From NCBI GenBank assembly GCA_973895155.1, contig OZ316891.1, positions 24,117,899 through 24,181,898 of the forward strand: a stretch of DNA of 64,000 bases, in the 5' to 3' direction. A program made the translations under genes and the position numbers. Shown here one piece after another: positions 46,454 to 57,005 of the stretch. The notes below the pieces were generated by a model that saw nothing but the letters and a program-made list of their open reading frames with translations, ran no database searches and was not told where the DNA came from. Source of the stretch: Marsupella aquatica. Lineage: Eukaryota; Plantae; Marchantiophyta. The stretch's first letter is position 1, and every line of letters begins with the position of its first letter.

Positions 46454-49400
46454 GTGTTCCCTTGTGAGTTTTGTGCAATTTTTGAAATGGCAGCCTGTTA
46501 TGAGTCAGACGATTATTCGGATGGTATTTCGGATGATGTTTCCTTCCCGGATTGTCCTTGTCCTGTTACTTCTCCAGATGCTCCTAGTAAAACCACTATT
46601 TTGGAGATGCTTCCCCCAACTCCAATGAGTAAGTTGAAAGGAAAGGCTCTAAGTGTACCAAATATTAAGCAAAAAGTATTTGGTCCTTGTCTGAGTGAGC
46701 ACTCTGAGTCTTCGGACTCATCTGAGAGTACAAGTCCCCCTGGCCGTCAAGTATTATCGAATCCTTCTGAAAGGGGGATTAAATTGGGTGTGCGTTCTGT
46801 AGGCCCTCAACATAGTGGAGATGTGAAAAAGAGGACTCATGAATTCATGAAGGCCAGATCTGGAGATGTGTCAAAAATGCCCAGTGAAAGCCCAAAAGTG
46901 GATTTTTGTGCACTCCGGGAAAGTCGTGGTGTGCAACATGCACCAATGAAAGAGAGTGAGTATTCTCGTCCTACATCTTTCAGATTTCAAGAAGGAGTGA
47001 GAGCGGAAACAAGGAGGCCTCTTGGAACTGAGACTAATTCAAACAAGGAGAGGATCAATTTGAGAAGATCTCCAGGGAGCTTCGATTGTTTGGCTGAGGT
47101 TGGAAGCGGATCTAAGTTGGCATACAACAAGGGCAAGAAGAAGGTCTTTGAGGAGATTCCAAACAAGAGGCCAAGAGAGTCAACCGAAGGTGGTTTCTTT
47201 GGGGATTCAGATGGAAATCGATCAAACTCACTCCTTTTGAGAATGAAGGAGGAGCCGTTGAGTCCTTGAGGGACGCTCGAGGCCGGGTGAGGAGGGGTTT
47301 GTCTGCATACCAACTCGATAAACTTGTGGAGATATCTTCTTCAATCGAAGAATCTTCTTTTGAGAGTGATGGAGAGCCTGCAGAGAGAGTTATGATGGCT
47401 AATAAATGACCGTCAAATCTCAGCTTGTGTGAAACAAAGATGACAGACGAGGATATCAAGAAGACAAATCGTAAGTACTGTTGTCAACGTCATTGTCTCC
47501 TGAGTCTTTCACCAAAACAAATTCGTGAAGCACGCTCAAAGTTTTTGAGGCAAAAATCTCAGGATCGATCTTTATCTTTGCAGTGGCTCGTCAAGCAAGA
47601 CGGAAATGAAGAGGGGAGGTCCAATGTCACATACATGATTGGACAAAGAGATGTGTGTCGGAAAGCTTTCAAGATGGTCTTTTGTGTAGGAAATGAGAGA
47701 TTGAATAGGATCAAGAAGCTAGGCAATCAAGATCTTGCTTATCCTAGATCGGCTGGTCGACCTCCATCTGTGAGAACATTGGTATTGAGCTCTTGGTTGA
47801 AGTCTTTTTTTGAGACTCGTGTGGAGACTCTACCAAATAAAGATGTTTCACATTTGCCTGATAATTATTCCAAACTAGAAGTTTGGAAATTATATGATTC
47901 AAGCTATGTGATCACTGATGAGTCATCCAAAATATCATATCGACAATTTTTGAAAGTATGGTCACAAGACTTTGGGCATGTGAAGATTCCTCCTGTGAAT
48001 TGTTTTAGTGCTTGTGCGGACTGTGAGGAATTCAAAACAATTCGAGACAAAGGAGTCTCTGAAACTGAAAAACGTAAGTCATTTTCATTTTTGTTGTTTT
48101 GAACATGTCTTTGTATTAGATTTGTCAGGAAATCAATTGAGTAATGGGTAAACATTATGAATGAATTTCAAGTTAACAACGTTGCTCTACCATTTTTGGA
48201 TTCATTGCAGGGAGAGGAGAAATAATGTTACAAAAACATCGAGAACAACAATCGAAAGAGCGGGAAAAACTAGCAAAGCATCGAAAGAAATTTTTCACAA
48301 ACCCAGAAAAATATTTGGGAGTTGTGATTGATGGAATGGATCAAAAAAAGACTAGATTACCCCATTGGCCACGTCCTCCAAAATCCGTTGATGAGGCCTG
48401 TTTAATCCAAATGCATGTGGTTGGTTGTCTTCTTTTCCACGGAGCACTATTTTCTAGGGTGTTCCTTAATTATCCAGTTCTCCATAATGATGGAAATCTT
48501 ACCATTACTATTTTACAAAGAGTATTCCTAGAATACCAAGAGAAGTATGGGGGCCTTCCACCAGTTTTTTACCTTCAGCTTGACAATACAAGTAGGGAAA
48601 ACAAAAACAATTTACTTTTCACATATCTTCACATGCTGGTACAAAAAAAGGTATTTCAAAAAATCAAACTTGGATTCCTCTTAGTTGGACACACCCATGA
48701 TCAAATAGATCAGATGTTTAGTAGGTTCTAAAAAGGCTTGGAAAATTTAAGGCCTTTACCTATGATAGTTTATGTAAGATTATTCAAGAATCTTACCAAC
48801 CCCAACCTGAAATTACCCTTTTAAATGAGACATATGATTTTCGAAAATTTGCTTTCTCAGAGCCTGCTTTGATCAGAGAAAGGATACAAAATGTTACTTT
48901 TCATCACCAATATAAAATTTCTTTTGCTTGTGAAGATGATCAAGTTCCAACACAATGGGGGAAGAAATTTTCCGCCGACACGGTTTGGAAACCAGAAGGA
49001 GGTGTTAAATTGTTGAAAGAAGACATGCCACCAAAGGTGATTGGGTGCTCTGATGGGATGCCACTTATCAAGAAAGGAGACAAGAAACGAGATGACGGAA
49101 GGGCGGGAAATCAAGCTCATGTATCATCTTCAGGAAAAATGACCCTGTCCGAAATGGATGATTGTTTGAATGAAATTCAAAAAGGTATATTTGCAGCTCA
49201 GATATTATTCTCGAAAGAAGAAGTTGTTTGGTGGACTTCTTTTTTTGAGGAACAAAGAGAATTCAATCGATCTCTCTTGCTTGAAGAAAGACCTTTGATC
49301 TCTCCATTTGAATGGCCCAAGGCACAAGGGGATACAAATGTTGAAGCTGATCTTGGAGCTGAACTGCTTACAACTATATTGAATGAGGAAGAAATTGAAG

Positions 49401-49957
49401 AGAGAGTGTACGGTCCAACTAGAGAAATTTATGTTGGTCCATATCGAAATCAAGAAAAGATAGATGCAGAGAAGGAGAATATGGAAGGTGATTTTTCGGA
49501 TTTGGAAATCAACACATTTATTTCTGTGTCCGGAGAGAAGTCTGAATCATTTTGGGTGGCTAAAGTAGAAAAAATTGTTCTTCGCGATGAGGCTCACATC
49601 CCAAAGATTATCTCAGTTCTGTGGCATGCAGCAAAGAAAGGATCCGACCCTTGGAAAGGAAAATATCTGCCAGAAGTGTTGAGTTACGAGAAGAAGAAAA
49701 GTGGACAAGGCAAGGGAACCTTGAAACCAGTTTGGTTTCGTCAAGACCTTGATCTGTCTTCAACTACGGTCTTTGCATATAATTTTATGCTAACAAGGTC
49801 TGATACTCTTTACAAGAAAACAATAGATCGTATTAAAATACGACTCTCGGAATTTCTCAAGGAGGAGAAAGACCAAGAAGGTGAAGGTAGCATAGTTAGA
49901 AATTATCAACAAGAAACTTCAATGGAAGTTCCTCTAGAAATGAATGGTAGGAATTGA
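46454..49957 (+). pseudogene. Sola-like DDD transposase (DGMDQ / QLDN..ENKN / GHTH..IDQ family)
   Basis: CCQRHCL, VCRKAF and FSACADC zinc ligands; IDGMDQK (48330), LQLDNTSRENKN, FLLVGHTHDQIDQMFS; in-phase intron 48074-48210; 1-nt frameshift near 48728; stops near 47267-47410. Confidence 0.85.
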
Positions 49958-51784
49958 GATTTACCAATCTTAGCAATTTTGTCCAACAAGAGTATTTGCA
50001 ATTTATTATTGTTTGAGTTGGTGGCAAACCATAAATGTTGTGAATGATGAATTCATGAATTCATGAATGATATTGAAAGAAGTTTGACATTTTGAGAATG
50101 TCCATCGTGTGGGCACTCTTGTTTGAGAAATTCAGAAAACAAAATATCAACTAAAAGAGGTACCTTCTAGAATCTCATATATATTTGGAAGCTTTTGATA
50201 TACTCGTCATTCCCTTTGTGTGAATGATGGTTTTTCTTGGTAAATGAACCCTAGGATCCTACAAACTGCAAAATAATTTGGAAATCTTGACCCTCTTTTA
50301 AAAACTTTACATATTTGGGATGTCAATGAACTTTAGGGTGGTATTTCAAGGGTGAATGTGTTATTGAGCCGATTGAATGTGTGCAAGTAGTAAATTGCAA
50401 CATTGAAATATGTGATATTTGCTTATTAAATGTTTCCCACAACCAGTTTTGTGATTTGAGTAGTCAAAATGATGCCCTATTTTGTGTTTTTTTGCAAGTT
50501 TTGAGTTCTTGCCAAAAAAAGAGCTTGTTTTTAGATGCATTTTTTGCCTTTTTCCATATTTTCAAGGTTTTTTATCATTAGTTCTTATACATTGGGCTTA
50601 TTACCCATCCTTTAAGGCTTTGTGTTCTACGTGTGCATGGAATGAGTAATGATTGGATTGTCATGAAGGAAGACGTCATAGTTCAACATAAAATATGATT
50701 TATTATAATTCAAAAAATAAGTGAATTGGTTACAAGTCAGATTGAGGTTTAAGTTTTGCCCTTACTCTTCATTATTTGACATGTTATTTTTTAGTTTTCT
50801 CAAGTTTTTACCATTCCTGGGTTTAATCATTTTTTTGGGTGTTGCAACGTACACAAACGGCCATTAATTGTTGCCATAAACGTCATCATTTGTGCTTGTG
50901 ACAAAAACTGCTGAAATGGTGCAACCGTAGGCCAGGAATTTTGGAATGGACTTATCATGGGGGTCCGTAAAGCTAATTAGCTCAAATACCAGTGCTTACA
51001 AAGAGAAATTTGAAGGGCTCCCTGCACCCACCTGGATTCCTCTTCATGTCTCTACTCACAAGCATAGTCTAAATATCAACCAAAAAATGACATGCGGTTC
51101 ACTTGCCTGAGTAGGTCATGACCGGTAGACTTTGATCGCAAATTATACTATAGATAGAAAATTAACACCAAGTGATAGAAAATGAACACCAAGTTTTGAT
51201 GCATAGTCTTCTCCACTATGACTGCTCTGATCTGTTTGGCATCTCAGAATATCTTTGGAAGGATAGGCCTGAAATAGGAATGGAACATAGCTACTTTCCA
51301 TTGACTGAAATGTTGAGCTACAAACTTTTTGCCAGAAAACAGTAAAATTCTGTTACATGTAACCGGGCATGTAACCCAAAGTGTTCACTCTCTCAGATTC
51401 AGGAAAGCCGTGTCTATTCATCACTATGAATGGTGCAGACACTGGAAGTGTAGCTTCCTTGTGCAAGGCACACACTTGCATGTGCAGACGAACAATGATG
51501 AAGCTATTGAGCTTTTATTTAAAAATGACTTTGAAATGAATGAAAACAATACAAGCACATAGAGCCCCCCGATCGCTATGTTCTCTCGAAGAACCTCGTT
51601 CTAGGAGGCAAAGCTAAACCTGCCCAGTGAGAGATTCTTCAGCAATTTTGGCCTGATCTCTAAGCTACGAGTTCAGTTCTATTTAGTGAATACTTTAGAT
51701 AGTAGACACTATTTAGCCAACACTTCCAACTAATCATGTCTTACAGGGGGTGGGGATCTACGCTAATGTAGAGTTTTATGGGCT

Positions 51785-52867
51785 TCAGAAATATTCGCCA
51801 TGGTACCAATCACCCAGGAGCTCCTTGAAGCGGTAGCGGCTTCCACCAAGGTGCCAGCTGATGTATCCCTGGTAATACTGCTGAATTTTTTTCTTCCATT
51901 CTAGAGAGCCACTCCTCTCAATGATGGCCAGGACGCGAATCCGTTGGTCCACCAAGTAGTCTGTTACATCCCTCAGGGCGTCCAGACGGGTCAGCTTTTT
52001 CACCTTGGCATTGATGAGAATAGCGATGGCGGTCTCCCCGTCCTGCACCTCCTTGTAGAACGACAGCACGTCGTTGATGAGGTTGAAGCCTTCGACCAGC
52101 TCCGGCACCAGCGGGTAGAGGTAGTTGTAGTAGAAACGATCGTCCGTCTTCTGCGAGGTATTGCTACCGCTGGTGTCCATGATGACGTAGCTCGCGTAGG
52201 CTTCCGAAATCCCCGACTTATAGCGGAGGAAGTTGCAGAAGAGGCGCATCTCTGGCATGTAGTTTATGGGGTTCTCGTGGTAGTGTACCTCCAACAGGTT
52301 GCCCTGCAGAAAGTCTAAGGTGGATTTCACCAGAATGCTCAGCGTGCGAGGATGTGCCGGGAAGAAGGGATTCTGCTCCGTCCGCAGGTAGTGCATGAGG
52401 TCCATAAGCACCGGGTGCAGATCTCCTCGACCAGGGTAGGCTGCGGCATACCCTTGCGGGTCACACATCTTCATCTGAAACAACGCAAGGTCCTTCACGA
52501 ACACATCCTTAGCTTCGCCGGTGAGGCTCTGCGACAAGTCGTCGATTGTTATGGTCAGAGCCGTGAGGTGCGCGAGAGTCACCTGCACGTCCACGGGGTG
52601 GAGCTTGATGACGAGCCCCGGAAAGCCGGAGCTAACTCTGATCACTTCAGGATCTATGTAGGACCCGCAAAGGGCGGTGACCGCGGCACCGACTTGGAGG
52701 CAGCTATCGGGGCTGCAGGCGTCTGCAGAGTTGTCGAAGCACATTCGGTCCAGGAAGTCCAGGTAGATGGAGCGCAGTTCATCAGTGAAGGGCCCTGCAT
52801 CCGGCTGGCTAACAAGAGAGTTGTGAGTTTCACTTTGAGGAGAAGCCATGGCTACGTACGCACTCAC
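51785..52867 (-). CDS. Microbial-type (fungal trichodiene-synthase-like) class I terpene synthase, MTPSL
   Basis: Intact, intronless 360-aa ORF with GC-rich codons; Asp-rich TIDDL; LRYKSGISEAY; NSE/DTE motif LINDVLSFYKE; terminal RY motif (SRYRF); TTTAAAA box about 115 bp upstream. Confidence 0.92.
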   Translation of the reverse strand: MSAYVAMASPQSETHNSLVSQPDAGPFTDELRSIYLDFLDRMCFDNSADACSPDSCLQVGAAVTALCGSYIDPEVIRVSSGFPGLVIKLHPVDVQVTLAHLTALTITIDDLSQSLTGEAKDVFVKDLALFQMKMCDPQGYAAAYPGRGDLHPVLMDLMHYLRTEQNPFFPAHPRTLSILVKSTLDFLQGNLLEVHYHENPINYMPEMRLFCNFLRYKSGISEAYASYVIMDTSGSNTSQKTDDRFYYNYLYPLVPELVEGFNLINDVLSFYKEVQDGETAIAILINAKVKKLTRLDALRDVTDYLVDQRIRVLAIIERSGSLEWKKKIQQYYQGYISWHLGGSRYRFKELLGDWYHGEYF

Positions 52868-53310
52868 AAGTGCTGGAATCTTGTTGCAAGCTCAAAAACC
52901 AACGAGGAGCCTGACAGGCTGGAGATCAAAACACAATGGAGAACTGGTTGCGAATGACTGGTGGCCGCAACCGAGGGCTTTTAAATCGAGGGACCTTACA
53001 GAACGAGAACAAAAGTTGTCAGGTCACTCATGTTTAGATCTTACTACACTCAGGACATATACCTAACCCACAAGTCCATTTAAAGTGTCTACTGACAAAA
53101 AAGTGGTCAGGTCATGAATATAATGAAGTTTAAATTTTGGCCAAACTACCGCATGTGCATTTTGTCCTTTCAAAACATCACCCCCAGAGATGAACTAAAC
53201 GTTGGCCAAAACTACCACGTAAGTATTTTGGGGACCCAACTTTGTCCAAAATGAACACAAGTATTTGGGGGAACCACACCAGCCCATGTAGGGTTAGGAG
53301 AAGTCCTGTG

Positions 53311-53400
53311 CACAAGTGATCTGATTGGGAGAAGTCCAGTACACAAGTGATCTCTCAATTTCATGTGGAGCCCACAAGTGATCTCTTAATTTCATGTAAA
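53311..53400. repeat. Short tandem repeats CACAAGTGATCT (31-bp period) upstream of the terpene synthase
   Basis: Copies at 53311, 53342 and 53373. Confidence 0.7.
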
Positions 53401-54124
53401 GCCAAGGTGTACTGGTCACTTTGATGTGATTGGGTGTTGGTTGTTGTGATGAAAGTGGACTGGCCACTTTGATAGGAATGGTTGTTATGATGAAAAATGC
53501 ACCTTGGTTTCTATCACTTGTGGTGCGTCTGCGCTCCCCTTCAGAAGTTTTGGGGCTCGATTGTCATCCAATTTGGTGGCCTACTCCGACAAGAAAAATC
53601 CCGCGCTTCCCGAGCATCAGTCATAATGACAGGCCTCAACAGAACGTTCAGGTACTGATGCGGATCTGGCGGTCCGGGCGAAGCAACCATTTTTCATCAC
53701 CAGCCTGCTCTTCAACCCATGCGGTTAGACCTATCACAGCAATTTCAGGCCACCAAACTAGAAGAGCCTTCTCAGCGGACATTCCCTCACCTCCAACAAT
53801 TGGAAGTGTTATTGGGGCATTAATACCGACGACTTGGGCAGGGAAAGGTTCATAATTTCAGTTCCTACCCGTGTGTTGATGTCTACCGTCTCACCAGTCC
53901 AGATCGATGTCAACTCTTTTACTTCTGAAGGGTTGGTGGCCTTAGTTGATATTGACAATCCGTTCTCAGCCAGTGGGTGGGTCCGAGGGTGAGTGCCGCT
54001 CAGCCTTTTTTAGTGGCGAAAATTTGCCAAATTACACCTCCCAAAAAAGCTTTACTCACTTTTGGCTAAAATTCAATAGTATTTTTCTGTCTCATTAGCC
54101 AGTGTCCCACCTAGTCACAGGCCC

Positions 54125-54248
54125 AATTAGCCAGAATCTAACGGGATCATCCTTAATCTAGGGAGATCTGAGAGGCCCCATTAGCCAAAATCTAAGGGTC
54201 ATCAGGGAGATCTGAGAGGCCCCATTAGCCAAAATGTAAGGGTCATCT
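54125..54248. repeat. Tandem duplication (AGGGAGATCTGAGAGGCCCCATTAGCCAAAAT...)
   Basis: Two to three imperfect copies of about 44 bp. Confidence 0.7.
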
Positions 54249-56609
54249 TGAAATGAGGGCCAAGAAAATAATCAGATAAGGAATTTTCTGAGCATCTTCT
54301 CCTTCACACACCGGACATTCGGGCAAAAAAGTAAAAACGCTGGTGCCGCTCGCTGTTGTCTTGATTAGCGGTAATTCGGCTTCCTGTCGTCTCCTATCTC
54401 CGTTCATGATTGTCTTCTTCTGCATGCACGCGGGAAGTGCATGGAACTACAGACAGTCTCTATTGGTGCTCTTTTCCCGCTCAATGGCGCTTCTACTTTC
54501 AATAGCTGTGAAAAGTGTGTTCAAGGGAGACTACGAGCTTATTGGGATGCCATTGGAGGAGGTGCTCTTTGCGAGAATTTGTCAAATCCAGCTCTGTCAG
54601 TGGAACGCGTAGCCTGCACCAGGCGGCTTCCGTGATCCCAGGAGGAATGGGATCGTTTGCTTACCAGAATTTGTGTTGGAAGAGTGGGATCGCGAGGTCT
54701 TTCTAGTCGGCTGGGACGTTCGATCCCTTGGCTCAACCCTGAATTCTCTATGGACCTTTATCCTGGTTCGAACGGTCTATTCAATATCTTCAACCTTGCC
54801 TCACTGCATGCTCCACTGATCTCTACGTCTTATCCAGTCTGTATATGACTGCACTCCATGGATTCGGTGCTTCGTAAATTATCAGAGACCGCGCAGCCTT
54901 CCTCGTTTACGTAGGAGTTCCACGTCGTCCAACAGCATCTCTGGAATTTGGAGGATGATGAGATTCACACTTTTACGGCCCAAGCTTGTATTGGGAACTT
55001 TATGAACGAAGGGTCTTATTTTGCAGATGCGAACCGGGATATTTATCGAAATGATCGACTCTGCTTTCAATTAAAGAAATTGAAAGGCTATGATCGATGA
55101 GACTGAGGAGTTTATTTAATTCGAAGGGCTGACTTCGGCTTTCAATCTTTGGCCGGATAATACCTGAGATTAAATGCTGGCATGATGCCTCGGACATGGA
55201 CAATTCATACCGAATTCTCTAGAAGGGTTTATTCTACAGCAAAAGACGAGTAAGGATTGACCTGGACCTATCTCTGTCCCAGCAAGTATGATTGCTTCCC
55301 CGTGCTTTGCAGTCATTGAGATACTAGCATTTAGAGGAGTAAAAAACGAAAAGAGACTGACTTATGCTTTCATTTGTTGGACGATCGGACTTCCATATGC
55401 TTAATTTAGATTCTTGCGCAAACCCCTAGAAATTATGTAGCCAAATCTTGACTAGTCTTACGTTAGCCTAGTGCTTATATTCCAGTTTACGACCGTGTCC
55501 ATGCGAGGTCTACTGATTTCTCAGATTTGGCTGGAAACTGGTGATTTGTCTTCAGACATAGTGGTTCCAATACGCTCCGCAATGCATTTAAGAAACTTGC
55601 ACGTACCGGAGTAGTGCTGTTCAAAAGCAAATGTTGTGCTGCGCGGAAGCGACATCGAAGCTTGATCAGCTACTTCACGTGGCGATGCCAGTGGATGGGT
55701 TTAAGACGAAAAACCCTTGGACGACACATTGGGATCCGAGGACGTCATTGTGTCAAACTCTTCAGGCCTTGTAGCTCAGCATATTATTTGCGAAATTGTT
55801 TTCGTCGTGTACTGAATTTAGGCTCTAATTTCTCTTCCGTCTTAAACGAACATGCAGTTTTACGTAATTCATCGACACAGTAATGCCTCAGAGTTTCGCT
55901 ATTGGCTACCTAGCTCAATGATACCGATTCTATTACAAAACTTAATGGGCTACAAACCCTTGGGATTCAAACTGTTCTGTACTGCACTCCATTTGCTTTT
56001 GCCCGCAGGCAGGAGGGTGCAGTTACCCTGAATTCGAGCCACTGTTGTGCTCTTAGAATCAGTCAGGCTGTAAAACGTGAACATCACAGCCACGTTGCGG
56101 AGCTCTAGTGATAATTCGAGTGAGAAATCGGCGTCTGAAACAGAGAATTCCCTGCTGAAAAACCAACTTTCTCCCACAAATTGACGCTCAGAAATACACG
56201 ACATGTCAATGATTTTGAAGTTACTAAGATACGTGCCAAATTCTTCCAACGAGTTTACAATGTACTTTTGTGGCAACTCATGAGACTCTGCAACAACAGT
56301 TAGCCAGCATCACACAGAAACAGGAAGAATGTCAATTTTCCGTCCTTGAAAACCCTTCCCTGGGTTAATTGAAGTCTCAGATCTCTCGAGGCCAGTCTCA
56401 AAGTTTAATCTCCGTCCTCCGCAGTCATGCTACGAAGTGAGTCTGGGATAATTGTCATCCCAAAACCAAGATTTCGATGAAGAGAGCATCTGCAATTTAG
56501 AATTTCCAGGTGTCATGCCAGTGAATGCAGCAGGAGGATTACTGTCATTTATCAGCTCCGGTCGTATCCCTGTGCCTTCTCATAGATAGCAAGCTCCAGC
56601 TTTTGCTCA

Positions 56610-56840
56610 TCATTTAGTCTCTGGAACTAATATACTTTTAGCTTCCTTGTCTAGAGGGCCCGCACTCTGTATCTCTTTGTAAACCGAAATTGCTTCTATC
56701 ATCATACCACAGATGACGTAAGATCTTAGAAGCTCCCTCTTGATCCTCTGATCAGGCTGCAATCCGTCAGACTGCAACTCCTCAAAAATTCTCAGAGAAG
56801 CATTGATTTGTTTGCTCTTTCCAAAAGTCTGCACCATATA
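56610..56840 (-). pseudogene. PPR-motif gene fragment, possibly part of a larger decayed gene extending to about 54880
   Basis: FGKSKQINASLRIFEELQSDGLQPD...LLRSYVICGMMIEAISVYKEI fits two PPR-like repeats; downstream minus-strand fragments are broken by stops. Confidence 0.6.
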
Positions 56841-57005
56841 TAGTTTAATATATATAAGAGACATTGGGTTGCTTTCTTTGCGAACTTCGTTGAAGACTTG
56901 TACAGAATATACAAGGTGGGTATCAGATTCATTAAGACTTGGAGACTCGTAATATCAAGCACCTTTCTACAGATCGTGCAGCTAATGCATAGCGAAGAAC
57001 TCTTC

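Larger units (their letters stand above)
29100..50983. mobile_element. Large Sola-like DNA transposon with divergent transposase and ParB-methyltransferase genes; ends uncertain
   Basis: Head-to-head gene pair at similar decay level; shared element-restricted palindrome TTCATGAATTCATGAA from 29894 to 50067; candidate right end ...ATTAGCTC|AAAT at 50983; no matching left TIR found. Confidence 0.6.

Noticed and set aside
51944-52957. Plus-strand ORFs of 124 and 201 aa
   Set aside because: Antisense to the GC-rich terpene synthase; no recognisable motifs.
53430-55900. Several short ORFs upstream of the terpene synthase as a biosynthetic gene cluster
   Set aside because: No P450 or other enzyme motifs recognised; frames are short and broken by stops.
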